From NCBI GenBank assembly GCA_007119035.1, contig SKQL01000082.1, positions 2,832 to 66,831 of the forward strand: a stretch of DNA of 64,000 nucleotides. The letters run 5' to 3'. Shown one piece after another: positions 18,298 through 28,249 of this stretch (positions are counted from its first letter, which is position 1; each line of letters starts with the position of its first letter). The notes under the pieces were generated by a model. That model worked only from the letters and a program-made list of their open reading frames with translations. It made no database searches and had not been told where the DNA came from. A program made the position numbers and the translations under genes. Source of the stretch: Nitriliruptorales bacterium (lineage in GTDB: Bacteria; Actinomycetota; Nitriliruptoria; Euzebyales; Egibacteraceae).

Positions 18298-18744
18298 CTA
18301 GAAGCGGGTGATCCGCTCCCGCGGGAAGTACCGTGCGACGACGCGGCCCCGGACCGCCCCTGCGGGGAGAGGCCCGAAGTCGCGGCTGTCCGTGCTCGAG
18401 GCGCTGTTGTCGCCGGCTACCCCCACCTCACCCGCCATGAGGGTGGTGGGGGTCCCTGCCACGTCCATCCAATCACCCGCTACGCCGCTGACGCGCTTCA
18501 CGGCCTCGCGACCCCCGGGCGTGACCACCACGACCAGGTCCCCGGGTGAGGCGGGAGCGCGGGCGCGCACGAGCAGCCGATCCCCCCAGGCGAGCGTGGG
18601 AGCCATGCTCGCACCGACCACCGTGACACGAAAGGTCCGCCAATGGCGCGCCATCACGACGACGCCGCAGATCAGCGCACAAAAGGCCGGTTGGCTTCGC
18701 AGCATTGCGGATAGCATACGGCCGTAAGCAGCACCTTCTCGCAA
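18298..18744 (-). CDS. sodX: S26-family peptidase, nickel-SOD maturation protease
   Basis: Signal-peptidase Ser motif GASMAPTL and Lys box EAVKRV. Divergently adjacent to sodN. The start may be the internal ATG at 18717. Confidence 0.75.
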   Translation of the reverse strand: MREGAAYGRMLSAMLRSQPAFCALICGVVVMARHWRTFRVTVVGASMAPTLAWGDRLLVRARAPASPGDLVVVVTPGGREAVKRVSGVAGDWMDVAGTPTTLMAGEVGVAGDNSASSTDSRDFGPLPAGAVRGRVVARYFPRERITRF

Positions 18745-18770
18745 TACAGTTGCAATAAGGAGCGAATCTT

Positions 18771-19223
18771 ATGTCCCTAGCCGCCCGACTTCTGACTCTT
18801 GCTGACCGGGTCCGAGAGCCACGCACCGTTTACGCGCACTGCGACATTCCGTGCGGGATCTATGATCCGGAACAGGCGCGCATCGAGGCAGAGTCCTGCT
18901 ACAAGATCATTCAGAAGTATCACGACTCGGACGACCCCGTCTTTCGTGACCGCTGCCTGCTCGTGAAAGAAGACCGCGCCGGACTGGCGAAGGAGCACCT
19001 CTACACGCTTTGGAGCGATCACTTCAAGCCACCGCATGTGGAGCAGTTCCCGAACGTGCACGACACATTCTGGCAGGCGACGAAGCAATGCTCCCAGGTG
19101 AAGCGCTCCGTCGAGCTCGAAGATGCCCAGAAGCTGCTTGACCTGATCGACGAGATCGACGACATGTGGAAGAAGACCGGCGGTCTCGAGAGCACGCGCG
19201 TGGCAGGTCGGCCGGGGAACTGA
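18771..19223 (+). CDS. sodN: Nickel-containing superoxide dismutase precursor
   Basis: Ni-hook HCDIPCGIYDP is preceded by a 22-aa propeptide. AAGGAG RBS. GC content is visibly lower than in neighbouring genes. Confidence 0.9.
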   Translation: MSLAARLLTLADRVREPRTVYAHCDIPCGIYDPEQARIEAESCYKIIQKYHDSDDPVFRDRCLLVKEDRAGLAKEHLYTLWSDHFKPPHVEQFPNVHDTFWQATKQCSQVKRSVELEDAQKLLDLIDEIDDMWKKTGGLESTRVAGRPGN

Positions 19224-21370
19224 TCACCACATCACTTTCCTCCCTCGCCACCGCCCACGGAGTCGACACCGGCTACGAGGACGATGAGGGGGTCTGGCGG
19301 CCCGCACCGACAGCATCGGTGCGGGCCGCTCTGCGCGTGATGGGCATCCCGTGTGACACCGACGAGGAGGTCGCACGAGCGTTGCGCGAGGTGGAGGAGG
19401 AGCAGTGGCGCGAGCTGGTGCCCGCCTGCACGGTCCTGCGGGAGCACGAGGCCAGGACGCTGACCTTGCATCCCCCACCGGGAGCCCGCGTCACCGCCCT
19501 GCTTCGCACGGAGGCCGGCGAGGTGCGCGACCTACCACCTCCCGTCGCGCAAACGGGGGAGGTGGTCACCCTGCGCGACGGGGACGAGCGCGTCGCCGCG
19601 CTCCTCGACCTCCCGAGCGAGCTGACCCTCGGCTACCACGAGGTCGAGGCCAGCGTCCTCGCCTCCGACGGGGCGGTCGCGTCCCGCGGGACGGGCCATG
19701 TGATCGTCGTCCCCCCCGCATGCCCCGGACGCGACCATGTGGGGCGAAGCTGGGGCTGGATGCTGCAGCTCTACGCCCTCCGCTCCGAACGCAGCTGGGG
19801 TATGGGAGACCTCCGGGACCTCGAGGAGCTGCTCCGCTGGGGCGCAGGCATCGGGGCGGACTTCGCGCTGATCAACCCCCTGCACGCCGCCGCGCCCGTG
19901 CTCCCCCAGGAAAGCTCCCCCTACTACCCTTCGAGCCGTCGCTTCGTCAATCCGATCTACCTCGCAATGCCCGAGCCGTCCCGGCTGCCGTCCAACGGGG
20001 GCATGGAGAGTGCGAGAAGGGCGGGGGAGCGGGCGCGATCGGGCAATCGCGAGGACCACATCGACCGCGACCGCGTGTTCGCCGCCAAGTCCGCAGCGCT
20101 CGAGGCCACATTCGCGGAGCTCGAGCCGGCAGAGGTGGCCGACCTCGACGCGTTCCGGCGAGGTGAAGGGGAGGCGCTCGAGGACTTCGCGACGTTCTGC
20201 GTCCTCGCCGAGGAGCACGGCCTGCCCTTCCAGGACTGGCCGACGGGGCTGCGCCACCCCCGCTCCGCGGAGGTCGCGGCCTTCCGCGCCGAGCGCGGCG
20301 ACCGGATCGCCTACCACTGCTGGCTCCAGCAGCTGTGTGACGAGCAGCTCCGGGCCATGCAGGAGTCGGCGATTGCCGCGGGCGCCTCCCTCGGCGTCAT
20401 CCACGACCTCGCAGTAGGAGTGGACAAGGGGGGAGCGGATGCGTGGGCCCTGCAGGACGACCTCGCCCTCGGGGTATCCGTGGGTGCGCCCCCCGACGCG
20501 TTCAACCAGCAGGGCCAGGATTGGCAGCAGCCACCGCTGCTGCCCAACCGGCTGCGCCTAACGGGCTACGCGCCCTTCCGGGACATGTTGGCCGCCGTGC
20601 TCCGTCACGCGGGTGGCATCCGGATCGACCACGTCCTCGGCTTGTTCCGTATCTTCTGGATTCCCGAGGGGTCCTCCCCGGTGGACGGGACCTATGTCCG
20701 CTACCCGACGAGCGACATGCTGGGCATCCTGGCACTCGAGGCCACACGGGCGGGCGCGATCGTCATCGGGGAGGACCTGGGCACGGTGGCCCCCGGCGTC
20801 CGGGAGGCCCTCGCCGATCAGCAGGTGCTCTCGTCGTCGGTGCTCTACTTCGAGCGCGATCCGCACGCCGACCGCCCCCGCCGGTCTGCGGACTACCGAG
20901 CGGACACGCTCGCGTCGGTCACCACCCATGACCTCCCGACCGCGGCAGGCTGGTGGTCAGGGGTCGATGTCGAGCTCCGGGTGGAGCTCGGCCTACTGGG
21001 GGAGGGCAGCTCTCCCGCCGGGGAGCGGGCCCAGAAGCGGGAGGCGATCGGGGAGATGGAGCAACTCCTGCGCGACGAGGGGCTACTGGGCGACGACCCG
21101 GGCCTCGACGAGCGCATCGAGGCGATGCACGCCTTCCTCGCCCGCACCCCTGCCCGGCTCGTCGCGGTCAATGTGGCCGACGTCGTGGGTGACGAGCGCC
21201 AGCCCAACATGCCCGGCACCGTCGACGAGTACCCGAACTGGCGACTGCCGATCGCGGAGCCGTCCGCCGACGGGCACACGCCCATCCTCCTCGAGGCGCT
21301 CGAGCGCCACCCGGGGGTCACCCGCCTTCGCGAGGCGCTGCGGGCCCGTACAACGCCCGCGGAGGCCTGA
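19166..21370 (+). CDS. malQ: 4-alpha-glucanotransferase (amylomaltase)
   Basis: GH77 blocks are present: SPYYPSSRRFVNPIYL, IRIDHVLGLFR, GEDLGTV and THDLPT. GTG 19166 is the only canonical start that keeps the conserved N-terminus (LATAHGVDTGYED), and it overlaps sodN by 58 nt. The start is therefore uncertain. Confidence 0.85.
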   Translation: MEEDRRSREHARGRSAGELITTSLSSLATAHGVDTGYEDDEGVWRPAPTASVRAALRVMGIPCDTDEEVARALREVEEEQWRELVPACTVLREHEARTLTLHPPPGARVTALLRTEAGEVRDLPPPVAQTGEVVTLRDGDERVAALLDLPSELTLGYHEVEASVLASDGAVASRGTGHVIVVPPACPGRDHVGRSWGWMLQLYALRSERSWGMGDLRDLEELLRWGAGIGADFALINPLHAAAPVLPQESSPYYPSSRRFVNPIYLAMPEPSRLPSNGGMESARRAGERARSGNREDHIDRDRVFAAKSAALEATFAELEPAEVADLDAFRRGEGEALEDFATFCVLAEEHGLPFQDWPTGLRHPRSAEVAAFRAERGDRIAYHCWLQQLCDEQLRAMQESAIAAGASLGVIHDLAVGVDKGGADAWALQDDLALGVSVGAPPDAFNQQGQDWQQPPLLPNRLRLTGYAPFRDMLAAVLRHAGGIRIDHVLGLFRIFWIPEGSSPVDGTYVRYPTSDMLGILALEATRAGAIVIGEDLGTVAPGVREALADQQVLSSSVLYFERDPHADRPRRSADYRADTLASVTTHDLPTAAGWWSGVDVELRVELGLLGEGSSPAGERAQKREAIGEMEQLLRDEGLLGDDPGLDERIEAMHAFLARTPARLVAVNVADVVGDERQPNMPGTVDEYPNWRLPIAEPSADGHTPILLEALERHPGVTRLREALRARTTPAEA

Positions 21371-21447
21371 GGCAGCGCGGCCGAGACCGACCTGCCAGTT
21401 TCTTCCAGAAAACGGGCTGCCGAACCTCAACCTGAACCCCGCTGATG

Positions 21448-22875
21448 TCATTCGGAACGAAGGCCATGCTCGGCGGCCCACTCGTCGAGCACCGTGTAGG
21501 CCTCCTCCTCGCTCATGGGGCCACGATCGAGCCGCGCCTCGAGCAGGGCCTGGCGCGCCGTTCCGACCAGGGGCCCGGGCTCGAGCCCGAGGTGGGCCAT
21601 GATCTCGTTGCCGTCGAGGGGTGGGCGGATGGCCGCGATCTCCTCCTGCTGCTGCAACTCCGCGATGCGCCGTTCCAGATCGTCCATCGCGTCCTGCAGC
21701 CGCCGGGCCTTGCGTTGGTTCTGGGTCGTGACGTCAGCTCGGGTCAGCTCGTTCAGGCGCCGCAACTGCTCCTCGCGGCCCGCGTCGCGCACGTAGCGCC
21801 TCACGCCCGAATCGGTCCACGGGTTGTCGGCATACCCGTGGAAGCGAAGGTGCATGGCTATGAGATGGCAGATGTCGTCGATCTCGTCGCCGGGGTAACG
21901 CAGCACCTTGAGCCGCTTGCGCGCCATCCGGGCACCGGCCACCTCATGGTGGTGGAACGTCACCTTGCCTCCGCCTTGGAACTCACGAGTCGCGGGCTTT
22001 CCGATGTCATGGAGCAGGGCCGCGAGACGCAGGATCCGGTCCGAGCTGTCGCATCCCCGGACCACCGCGATCGAATGGCGGTACACGTCCTTGTGGTGGT
22101 GAACCGGATCGCGCTGCATCTGGAGCGCGGGGATCTCGGGGATGAAGCGGTCCGCGAGACCGGTCTCGCACAAGAGGTCGAGCCCCCTCTCGACCGTGTC
22201 GCCGACGATCAGCTTGTCGAGCTCGGCGCGCAGGCGCTCCCGACTGATCTCGTCGAGGCGGTCGGCCATGGCCGTCGCGGCCTTTCGAACACCCTCCTCG
22301 GGCTCCGCGTCGAGCACCGCGGCGAAGCGCGCCAGCCGGACCATGCGCAGCGGGTCGTCGCCGAAGCTGATCTCCGGATCGATCGGGGTGCGTAGGATGC
22401 GGTCCTTCAGGTCACGGAGCCCACCGAACGGGTCGATGAACCGATGCTCGGGGACCCGCACCGCCATCGCGTTCATGGTGAAGTCCCGCCGGGCGAGGTC
22501 GTCGGTGATGTCCCGGCCGAACTCGACGCTTGGATGGCGGGAGCCGGCCTCGTAGGTGTCCGCCCTGAAGGTGGTTATCTCGAGGTCGATGCCCGCCTTG
22601 TGAGCGCTGACGGTGCCGAATCGCGCGCCGGTCAACCACACATGGTCCGCCCAGCCCGCCAGCAGCCGCTCGCTCTCCACGGGAGTCGCTGAGGTCGCGA
22701 AGTCCAGATCCTGGGAGCCCGCTCCCCGGAGGAGCGTGTCGCGCACGCAGCCGCCGACGAGGTAGAGCTCGTGGCCTGCAGCCTCGAAGCGGTCACCGAG
22801 CTCGTCAGCGACGGGGTACACCGCCACGAGTGCGGCGAGCTGGGTCTCCTGCGCGCTCGTAAGATCCTGGGGCAT
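21448..22875 (-). CDS. cca: CCA tRNA nucleotidyltransferase / poly(A) polymerase family with HD domain
   Basis: LYLVGGCVRDTLL..DLDFAT head domain and an HD motif (LLHDIGKP). Confidence 0.85.
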   Translation of the reverse strand: MPQDLTSAQETQLAALVAVYPVADELGDRFEAAGHELYLVGGCVRDTLLRGAGSQDLDFATSATPVESERLLAGWADHVWLTGARFGTVSAHKAGIDLEITTFRADTYEAGSRHPSVEFGRDITDDLARRDFTMNAMAVRVPEHRFIDPFGGLRDLKDRILRTPIDPEISFGDDPLRMVRLARFAAVLDAEPEEGVRKAATAMADRLDEISRERLRAELDKLIVGDTVERGLDLLCETGLADRFIPEIPALQMQRDPVHHHKDVYRHSIAVVRGCDSSDRILRLAALLHDIGKPATREFQGGGKVTFHHHEVAGARMARKRLKVLRYPGDEIDDICHLIAMHLRFHGYADNPWTDSGVRRYVRDAGREEQLRRLNELTRADVTTQNQRKARRLQDAMDDLERRIAELQQQEEIAAIRPPLDGNEIMAHLGLEPGPLVGTARQALLEARLDRGPMSEEEAYTVLDEWAAEHGLRSE

Positions 22876-22933
22876 CGTCCCGCCATCCTAATGAGGGATG
22901 CCCCCGCGGTCCTGCAGGCTGTGGGCCGGTGGG

Positions 22934-24010
22934 TCAGCCCTCGAGCCCGGCCGCGCGGATCGCGACCCGAAGATCCTGGGAGTTCGTCGCGGAGGCGAGT
23001 GCCGCACGGAGATCGATCTCTCCCTCCCGATACAGGCGGAGCAGGTGCTGGTCGAAGGTCTGCATCCCGTAGTAGACCCCGTCCGCGATCGCGTCCTCGA
23101 GCATGTTGGTCTTCTCGGGGTCGGTGATGAACTCGTGGAGTCGGCTCGTCATGACCATCGTCTCGATCGCCGCGACCCGCCCCCCACCGGCGCGGGCGAG
23201 CAGCCGCTGGCTCACGATGCCCTTGAGCGTGTTCGCGAGCGACAGGCGTGCCTGGTGCTGCTGGTAGGGGGGGAACATGTCGATGACTCGGTTGATCGTC
23301 TCGGCGGCACTGGTCGTGTGCAACGTCGAGATCACGAAGTGACCGGTCTCCGCGGCCTGCAACGCCGCGCCCACCGTCTCGAGGTCGCGCATCTCACCGA
23401 TGAAGATCACATCGGGATCCTGGCGTGCGACGGAGCGGAGTGCGGATGTGAAGTCCACCGTGTCCACCGCGACCTCGCGCTGGTCGACGATCGCGAGCTC
23501 GTCGCGGTGGAGGATCTCGATCGGGTCCTCGATGGTGACGATGTGGCAACGTCGTGTCGTGTTGATGTGGCCGATCATCGCTGAGGTCGTAGTGGTCTTG
23601 CCCGACCCCGTGGGCCCCGTGACGAGGACGAGCCCCCGGTGCTCCTCCGCTAGCTTGCGCACCGCTGCGGGCAACCCGAGCTCCTCGAATCCCTGACCTG
23701 TGGGCAGCACGCGCCGTATCACCAGTCCGACGGAGCCGCGCTGGCGGAAGACCGCGACCCGGAAGCGTCCCACCTTGGGGAGGGAGTAGGCGAAGTCGGC
23801 TTCCTCGCCGGCTGCGAAGCGAGTGGCGATGCCCTCGTCCCAAAGCGCCCGGGCGAAGGCCAGCGTGTCGTCCGGGCCGATGCGCGGAAGCTCGTGTATC
23901 TCGCTCAACTCGCCGTCGATGCGCACGTAGGCGGGGCCCCCCGCCTTGAGATGGAGGTCGGATCCGCCCTTGTCGGCCAGATACCGCAGATAGTCGTGGA
24001 TGTCGCTCAC
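22934..24010 (-). CDS. pilT: PilT-family type IV pilus retraction ATPase (orphan)
   Basis: Walker [11 protein letters not shown], Asp box IVTIEDPIE, Walker B IFIGEMRD and His box [10 protein letters not shown]. The N-terminus [17 protein letters not shown] is typical of PilT/PilU. GTG 24010 (VSDIHDYL...) is preferred over the ORF-track start at 24070. Confidence 0.8.
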   Translation of the reverse strand: MSDIHDYLRYLADKGGSDLHLKAGGPAYVRIDGELSEIHELPRIGPDDTLAFARALWDEGIATRFAAGEEADFAYSLPKVGRFRVAVFRQRGSVGLVIRRVLPTGQGFEELGLPAAVRKLAEEHRGLVLVTGPTGSGKTTTTSAMIGHINTTRRCHIVTIEDPIEILHRDELAIVDQREVAVDTVDFTSALRSVARQDPDVIFIGEMRDLETVGAALQAAETGHFVISTLHTTSAAETINRVIDMFPPYQQHQARLSLANTLKGIVSQRLLARAGGGRVAAIETMVMTSRLHEFITDPEKTNMLEDAIADGVYYGMQTFDQHLLRLYREGEIDLRAALASATNSQDLRVAIRAAGLEG

Positions 24011-24164
24011 AGGTCGCTCCGGGAGGTCGGGATGTCGATGCCTGCTCGGAGCTATCGGCGCCGCGGGCACGGATCTTGACCCACGCCGTCTATCCTCCTG
24101 TCATGCTCTCAACCGACGACGATGCCGCCGGGGAGACACGCGGCGCGCCCACAGCGGTCCGCTA

Positions 24165-24632
24165 GTGTCCCGGTACCCGACGAAGCGGGCGGTCTCCGCG
24201 GGAGGCCTCGTGATCGACGACCGTCCGGACGGACGGTGGGTGCTGCTGATCGCCAGGAGGAACTATGCGGGCGAGCTCCAGTGGAGCCTGCCCAAGGGTG
24301 GACTCGAGCCCGGTGAGGGCCACGAGGCCGCTGCGGTGCGCGAGGTCCGCGAGGAGACCGGCCTCGAGTGCTCCATCCTCGGTCGACTCGGCGTGGTGGA
24401 TTACTGGTTCGTCTGGCGGGAGGATGAGGTGAGGTACCACAAGTACGTGCACTACTTCACCATGCGGGCGGAGGGTGGCGACCTGAGCGCGCGGGACGAC
24501 GAAGCCGACGAGGTCGAGTGGATGCCTCTCGACGTCGCCCTCGAGACGCTGTCGCACTCGAACGAGCGCCAGCTGATCGAGAGCCCGGAGCAACCGATGC
24601 CCCTCCTGCCCGCAGGCCACGACCCGCGGTGA
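24165..24632 (+). CDS. NUDIX hydrolase (MutT4-like)
   Basis: Nudix box [23 protein letters not shown]. Start is uncertain; in-frame GTG 24165 was chosen to avoid overlap with pilT. Confidence 0.75.
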   Translation: MSRYPTKRAVSAGGLVIDDRPDGRWVLLIARRNYAGELQWSLPKGGLEPGEGHEAAAVREVREETGLECSILGRLGVVDYWFVWREDEVRYHKYVHYFTMRAEGGDLSARDDEADEVEWMPLDVALETLSHSNERQLIESPEQPMPLLPAGHDPR

Positions 24633-26086
24633 CAGGCACGCCATGCCGGGCCGGGCTGCGGGCGGGCGCCCTGCTGACCCTGCTGCTGCTGGGGGCGCTG
24701 GGGACCGGTCAGCCCGCGACCGCCGCCCCCGAGGCGTCTTTGACCATCACCGAGCTCGACGGAGTCCTGGACGAAGGGCGATCCGTCACGGTCGCCGTGG
24801 ACCTGCGCAATGACTCGGAGTCCGTCGATCACGGGGACGGCCCACTCGAGGAGGTCGCCACCGCCTTCGTGCGCGGCCCCGAGGGTGGGGAGCCGTTGCG
24901 CTTCAGCATCCTCCTCGAGCTATCGGGGCCTGTGGCGACCCGCGCGGACGAGGCCTACGAGGCCACCGCCATCGCCACGTCGGCCCGTAGGGCACTGCGC
25001 GTCGCCGAGGCGCTCGAGGCGCTCGAAGCGCCGATCCCCGCCACCGTCTCGGTGGACGGACGCACCGTCGACGAGCTGCGTGCGGTAGCGGGGGGAGCTC
25101 CCCTGCGACCGGATCGCCCGGACGTGGCCGACCGTGCATCGAGCGCGCTCGAGAAGCTCGAGGCGGTCGCGGCCCGCGACGAGATCGAGCTCGTAGCGCA
25201 GCCCTACGGACCTGCCGACATCGAAGCCCTCACCCGCGCCGGCATGGCAGATGAGGCGCAGGCACTGACCGACCGTGGTCGCGCCGCGGTCGAAAAGCTC
25301 GGCGGGGGCAACGGACCCTCGTCGCTGGTGGTCCCACCCCGCGGCCTCGACGGGACCACAGCGGGTTGGCTGAGTGGCACCGCCAGCCCCACCGCCCTCG
25401 CGTACTCGGTCGAGGATCGCGATGCGGAGCTGGCGGGCAGTTACCTGCGCGGCGTCGCGCAGGCACGCGGGCACCTCGACAATCTCCGCGGAGTCCTCGG
25501 CGAGCAGGCCATCAAGACCCTGCGCGAGGAACTCGACGTCGCCAGCTCGGTCGACTTCCGCGGGGAGGACGAGCAGGGAGACGGCATGGCCCTCGCGTCG
25601 GAGGTGAGCCGTCAGCTCGACGACGTCAGAGCCGCGGTCGCGGTCGCCCCGGGGCCCCGTCTCACCCTGACGGGAGCGGAGGGCACCGTCCCTGTGACCT
25701 TGAGCAACAGTGCCGACCGGGAGCTACGGGTGCGGGTCCGCGTCCTCACCACCCGCTTCGAGGTCGATGACGAGGCTGGTCGCGAGATCGCCCTTCCCCC
25801 TCGAGGCGAGGTCTCCACCACCTTCGACGTTCGATCCCAGGCACCCGGGGGGACCTACCCGGTCCTCGTCGAGGTAACCGACCCGCAAGGCGAGGTTCGA
25901 CTCGGGGAAGGGCAGGTCCTCGTCCGCTCGGCCGCGTTCAGCGTCGCGGGAGCGGTGGTGACGGCCGGCGCCGCGCTGTTCCTAATCGGGTGGGGTCTGC
26001 ACGGTCATTCTCACCGACGTCGCGCGGCGCCGGCAGCGACTCCGGCCGTAGCGCCCTCCAAGACGACCGCGGGAACACCGGAGTGA
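24629..26086 (+). CDS. DUF6049-like exported protein with C-terminal TM anchor (Rv3909-like)
   Basis: GTG 24629 overlaps the nudix stop (GTGA). Signal peptide [27 protein letters not shown] and a C-terminal TM segment [16 protein letters not shown]. Conserved position upstream of murJ. Confidence 0.6.
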   Translation: MTGTPCRAGLRAGALLTLLLLGALGTGQPATAAPEASLTITELDGVLDEGRSVTVAVDLRNDSESVDHGDGPLEEVATAFVRGPEGGEPLRFSILLELSGPVATRADEAYEATAIATSARRALRVAEALEALEAPIPATVSVDGRTVDELRAVAGGAPLRPDRPDVADRASSALEKLEAVAARDEIELVAQPYGPADIEALTRAGMADEAQALTDRGRAAVEKLGGGNGPSSLVVPPRGLDGTTAGWLSGTASPTALAYSVEDRDAELAGSYLRGVAQARGHLDNLRGVLGEQAIKTLREELDVASSVDFRGEDEQGDGMALASEVSRQLDDVRAAVAVAPGPRLTLTGAEGTVPVTLSNSADRELRVRVRVLTTRFEVDDEAGREIALPPRGEVSTTFDVRSQAPGGTYPVLVEVTDPQGEVRLGEGQVLVRSAAFSVAGAVVTAGAALFLIGWGLHGHSHRRRAAPAATPAVAPSKTTAGTPE

Positions 26087-27741
26087 GCTCGCGACGGGGG
26101 TCAACGCAGGTGTTCGCCGGCATCGGCCTGTCCCGGGTGGCGGGCCTGGTCCGAGAGCGGGCGATCGCCTACTTCCTCGGCACGTCGGGCTCCGTCGACG
26201 CCTTCCGCGTCGCCTTCCGGGTGCCGAATCTGCTCCAGAACCTTCTGGGCGAAGGAGTGCTGTCGGCATCTTTCATCCCGGGCTACAGCAGATTGCTGGC
26301 GGAGAACAGGGACGAGGACGCGGGTCGGATGGCCGGAGCGGTCGCCGGGCTGCTCGGGATCGTGGCGGGCCTCTCCGTCCTCGCCGGAGTCCTGCTCGCG
26401 GAGCCGCTGACCGCGTTACTCGCACCGGGATGGCGGGGGGCAGGCGATCCGCGGTTCGACCAGGCGGTGACGATGATGCGGGTGCTGTTCCCGGCTGTCG
26501 GTCTCCTCGTGCTGTCCGCATGGTGCCTCGGCGTCCTCAACAGCCACCGCCGCTTCTTCCTCTCCTACGTCGCACCGGTGGTCTGGAACGCCGCCCAGGT
26601 GAGCGCCTTGATCGCCGCGGGCCTATGGGGACTCGGGATCGAGGAGCTCGCGCTGGCGCTGGCGTGGGGCGTGCTCGCGGGCAGTGCCCTTCAACTGCTC
26701 ATCCAACTGCCCTCGGTGATGCGGCTGATCGGCGAGCTGCGGCTGTCCGCCGACGTCTCCTTCCCTCCCGTTCGCCAAGCTGTCCGGGCGTTCTTCCCCG
26801 TCGTGGCGGGCCGGGGGGTCATCCAGTTGATGACGTTCGTCGAGATCATGCTCGCAAGCTTCCTCGCGGTCGGAGCCGTGGCCATGCTCGGCTACGCCCA
26901 GCAGCTCTACATCCTGCCCATCAGCCTCTTCGGGATGAGCGTCGCCGCCGCCGAGCTGCCTGAGCTGTCCACCACCTCGCACCACGCCCGCGGTGCCCTC
27001 GCGGAGCGGTTGAGGGCGGGCATGGCACGGATCGCCTTCTTCGTGGCCCCGACCGTCCTCGCCTACCTGGTGTTGGGGCCCCTGATCGTCGGGGCCCTCT
27101 ACCGCACAGGGCAGTTCGGGCCTGAGGACACGATCGCGGTATGGCTCGTCCTCGCCGCCTTCAGCGTGGGCCTGGTCGCGAGCACCTCCTCCCGGTTGCT
27201 CCAATCGGCGCTCTATGCCGCGAACCACGCGGCGGCGCCCGCCAAGGTCGCCGCGGTGCGGGTACTCGTTGCCGCGGGGATCGGCGCAGCGCTCATGCTC
27301 CCCCTCGACCGTGTGGAGGTGGTCGACGGCGGCCTCGCCCTCGTGGGGGAGGAGCCCAGCGTGTGCGCGGTGGTGGATGACGGCCCCGTCGAGTGCCCCC
27401 GGCTCGGTGCGGTCGGGCTCGCGCTCGGTGCGGGCGTCTCCGCGTGGCTCGAGTACGCCCTCCTGCGCCGCGCAGTGCGGCGCCGTCTCGGTGTCCTGGT
27501 CCGCGCGGGGGGCGGCCGGATGATGCGCACTCTCGCCGCAGTGGCGGTTGCGACGCTGGTGGCGGTCCCCGCGGCTGCATGGCTGCCTGGCCATCCCCTC
27601 GTGGCCGGCCCGCTGGCCTGTCTCGGCACGGGGGTGGCGTATCTGCTCGCGGCCGAGCGGCTCGGCTTGCGGGAGCTGCCCGCGCTCGGTTCGCTCGCCC
27701 GCCTATTTCGCCCTTCAGACGACGGCGGCGACAGCCGATGA
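26083..27741 (+). CDS. murJ: Lipid II flippase MurJ/MviN
   Basis: GTG 26083 overlaps the upstream stop (GTGA). N-terminal SRVAGLVRERAIAYFLGTSGSVDAFRVAFRVPNLLQNLLGEG is the MurJ signature, and the protein is polytopic. Confidence 0.9.
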   Translation: MSSRRGSTQVFAGIGLSRVAGLVRERAIAYFLGTSGSVDAFRVAFRVPNLLQNLLGEGVLSASFIPGYSRLLAENRDEDAGRMAGAVAGLLGIVAGLSVLAGVLLAEPLTALLAPGWRGAGDPRFDQAVTMMRVLFPAVGLLVLSAWCLGVLNSHRRFFLSYVAPVVWNAAQVSALIAAGLWGLGIEELALALAWGVLAGSALQLLIQLPSVMRLIGELRLSADVSFPPVRQAVRAFFPVVAGRGVIQLMTFVEIMLASFLAVGAVAMLGYAQQLYILPISLFGMSVAAAELPELSTTSHHARGALAERLRAGMARIAFFVAPTVLAYLVLGPLIVGALYRTGQFGPEDTIAVWLVLAAFSVGLVASTSSRLLQSALYAANHAAAPAKVAAVRVLVAAGIGAALMLPLDRVEVVDGGLALVGEEPSVCAVVDDGPVECPRLGAVGLALGAGVSAWLEYALLRRAVRRRLGVLVRAGGGRMMRTLAAVAVATLVAVPAAAWLPGHPLVAGPLACLGTGVAYLLAAERLGLRELPALGSLARLFRPSDDGGDSR

Positions 27742-27808
27742 TGCCCCCGTGCGCTCCACGACCGTGGTGCCCACACCGAGTGCGGTACGAGACAGCGGGT
27801 GAGCTCTC

Positions 27809-28183
27809 ATGAACGACCAGGGCGGTGTGATCCTCGACGGATTGCTGCGCACCGTGGGCGGACTGCTCGTCGCGGCCCTGATCATCTTCGAGTTGAGCGC
27901 GGTCGCCATCAACCACGTCCGTCTCGACGCAACCGCCCAGGAGGCCGCACGCATCGCGGCGCAGTCGGTGAACGCAGGGCACAGCGAAGCGGCGATCACG
28001 ACCGCGGTGCAGGAGCACATCGCGACGCTCGACGGCACCCTTCTGCGCGATGTATCCGTGGACGACGATACGGTGGCCGTGGCACTCAGCCGTCCAGCCC
28101 CCGTGCTGCTCGTCGACAATCTCGACTTCCTCGCAGCGCACCTGGTCGCGGACCGCACCGCCGAGGCTCCAACGAGCCGCTAG
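27809..28183 (+). CDS. Small membrane-anchored protein, TadE-like N-terminus
   Basis: 124 aa. A TM helix LLVAALIIFELSAVAINHV is followed by ATAQEAARIAA, which resembles the TadE-like domain. Located between murJ and the kinase. Confidence 0.4.
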   Translation: MNDQGGVILDGLLRTVGGLLVAALIIFELSAVAINHVRLDATAQEAARIAAQSVNAGHSEAAITTAVQEHIATLDGTLLRDVSVDDDTVAVALSRPAPVLLVDNLDFLAAHLVADRTAEAPTSR

Positions 28184-28249
28184 CCGGTGGGCGCGACCTC
28201 TGCATTACACTCGGACAATCGGCCATCCCCCCATCCGCCGGTCTCACGT

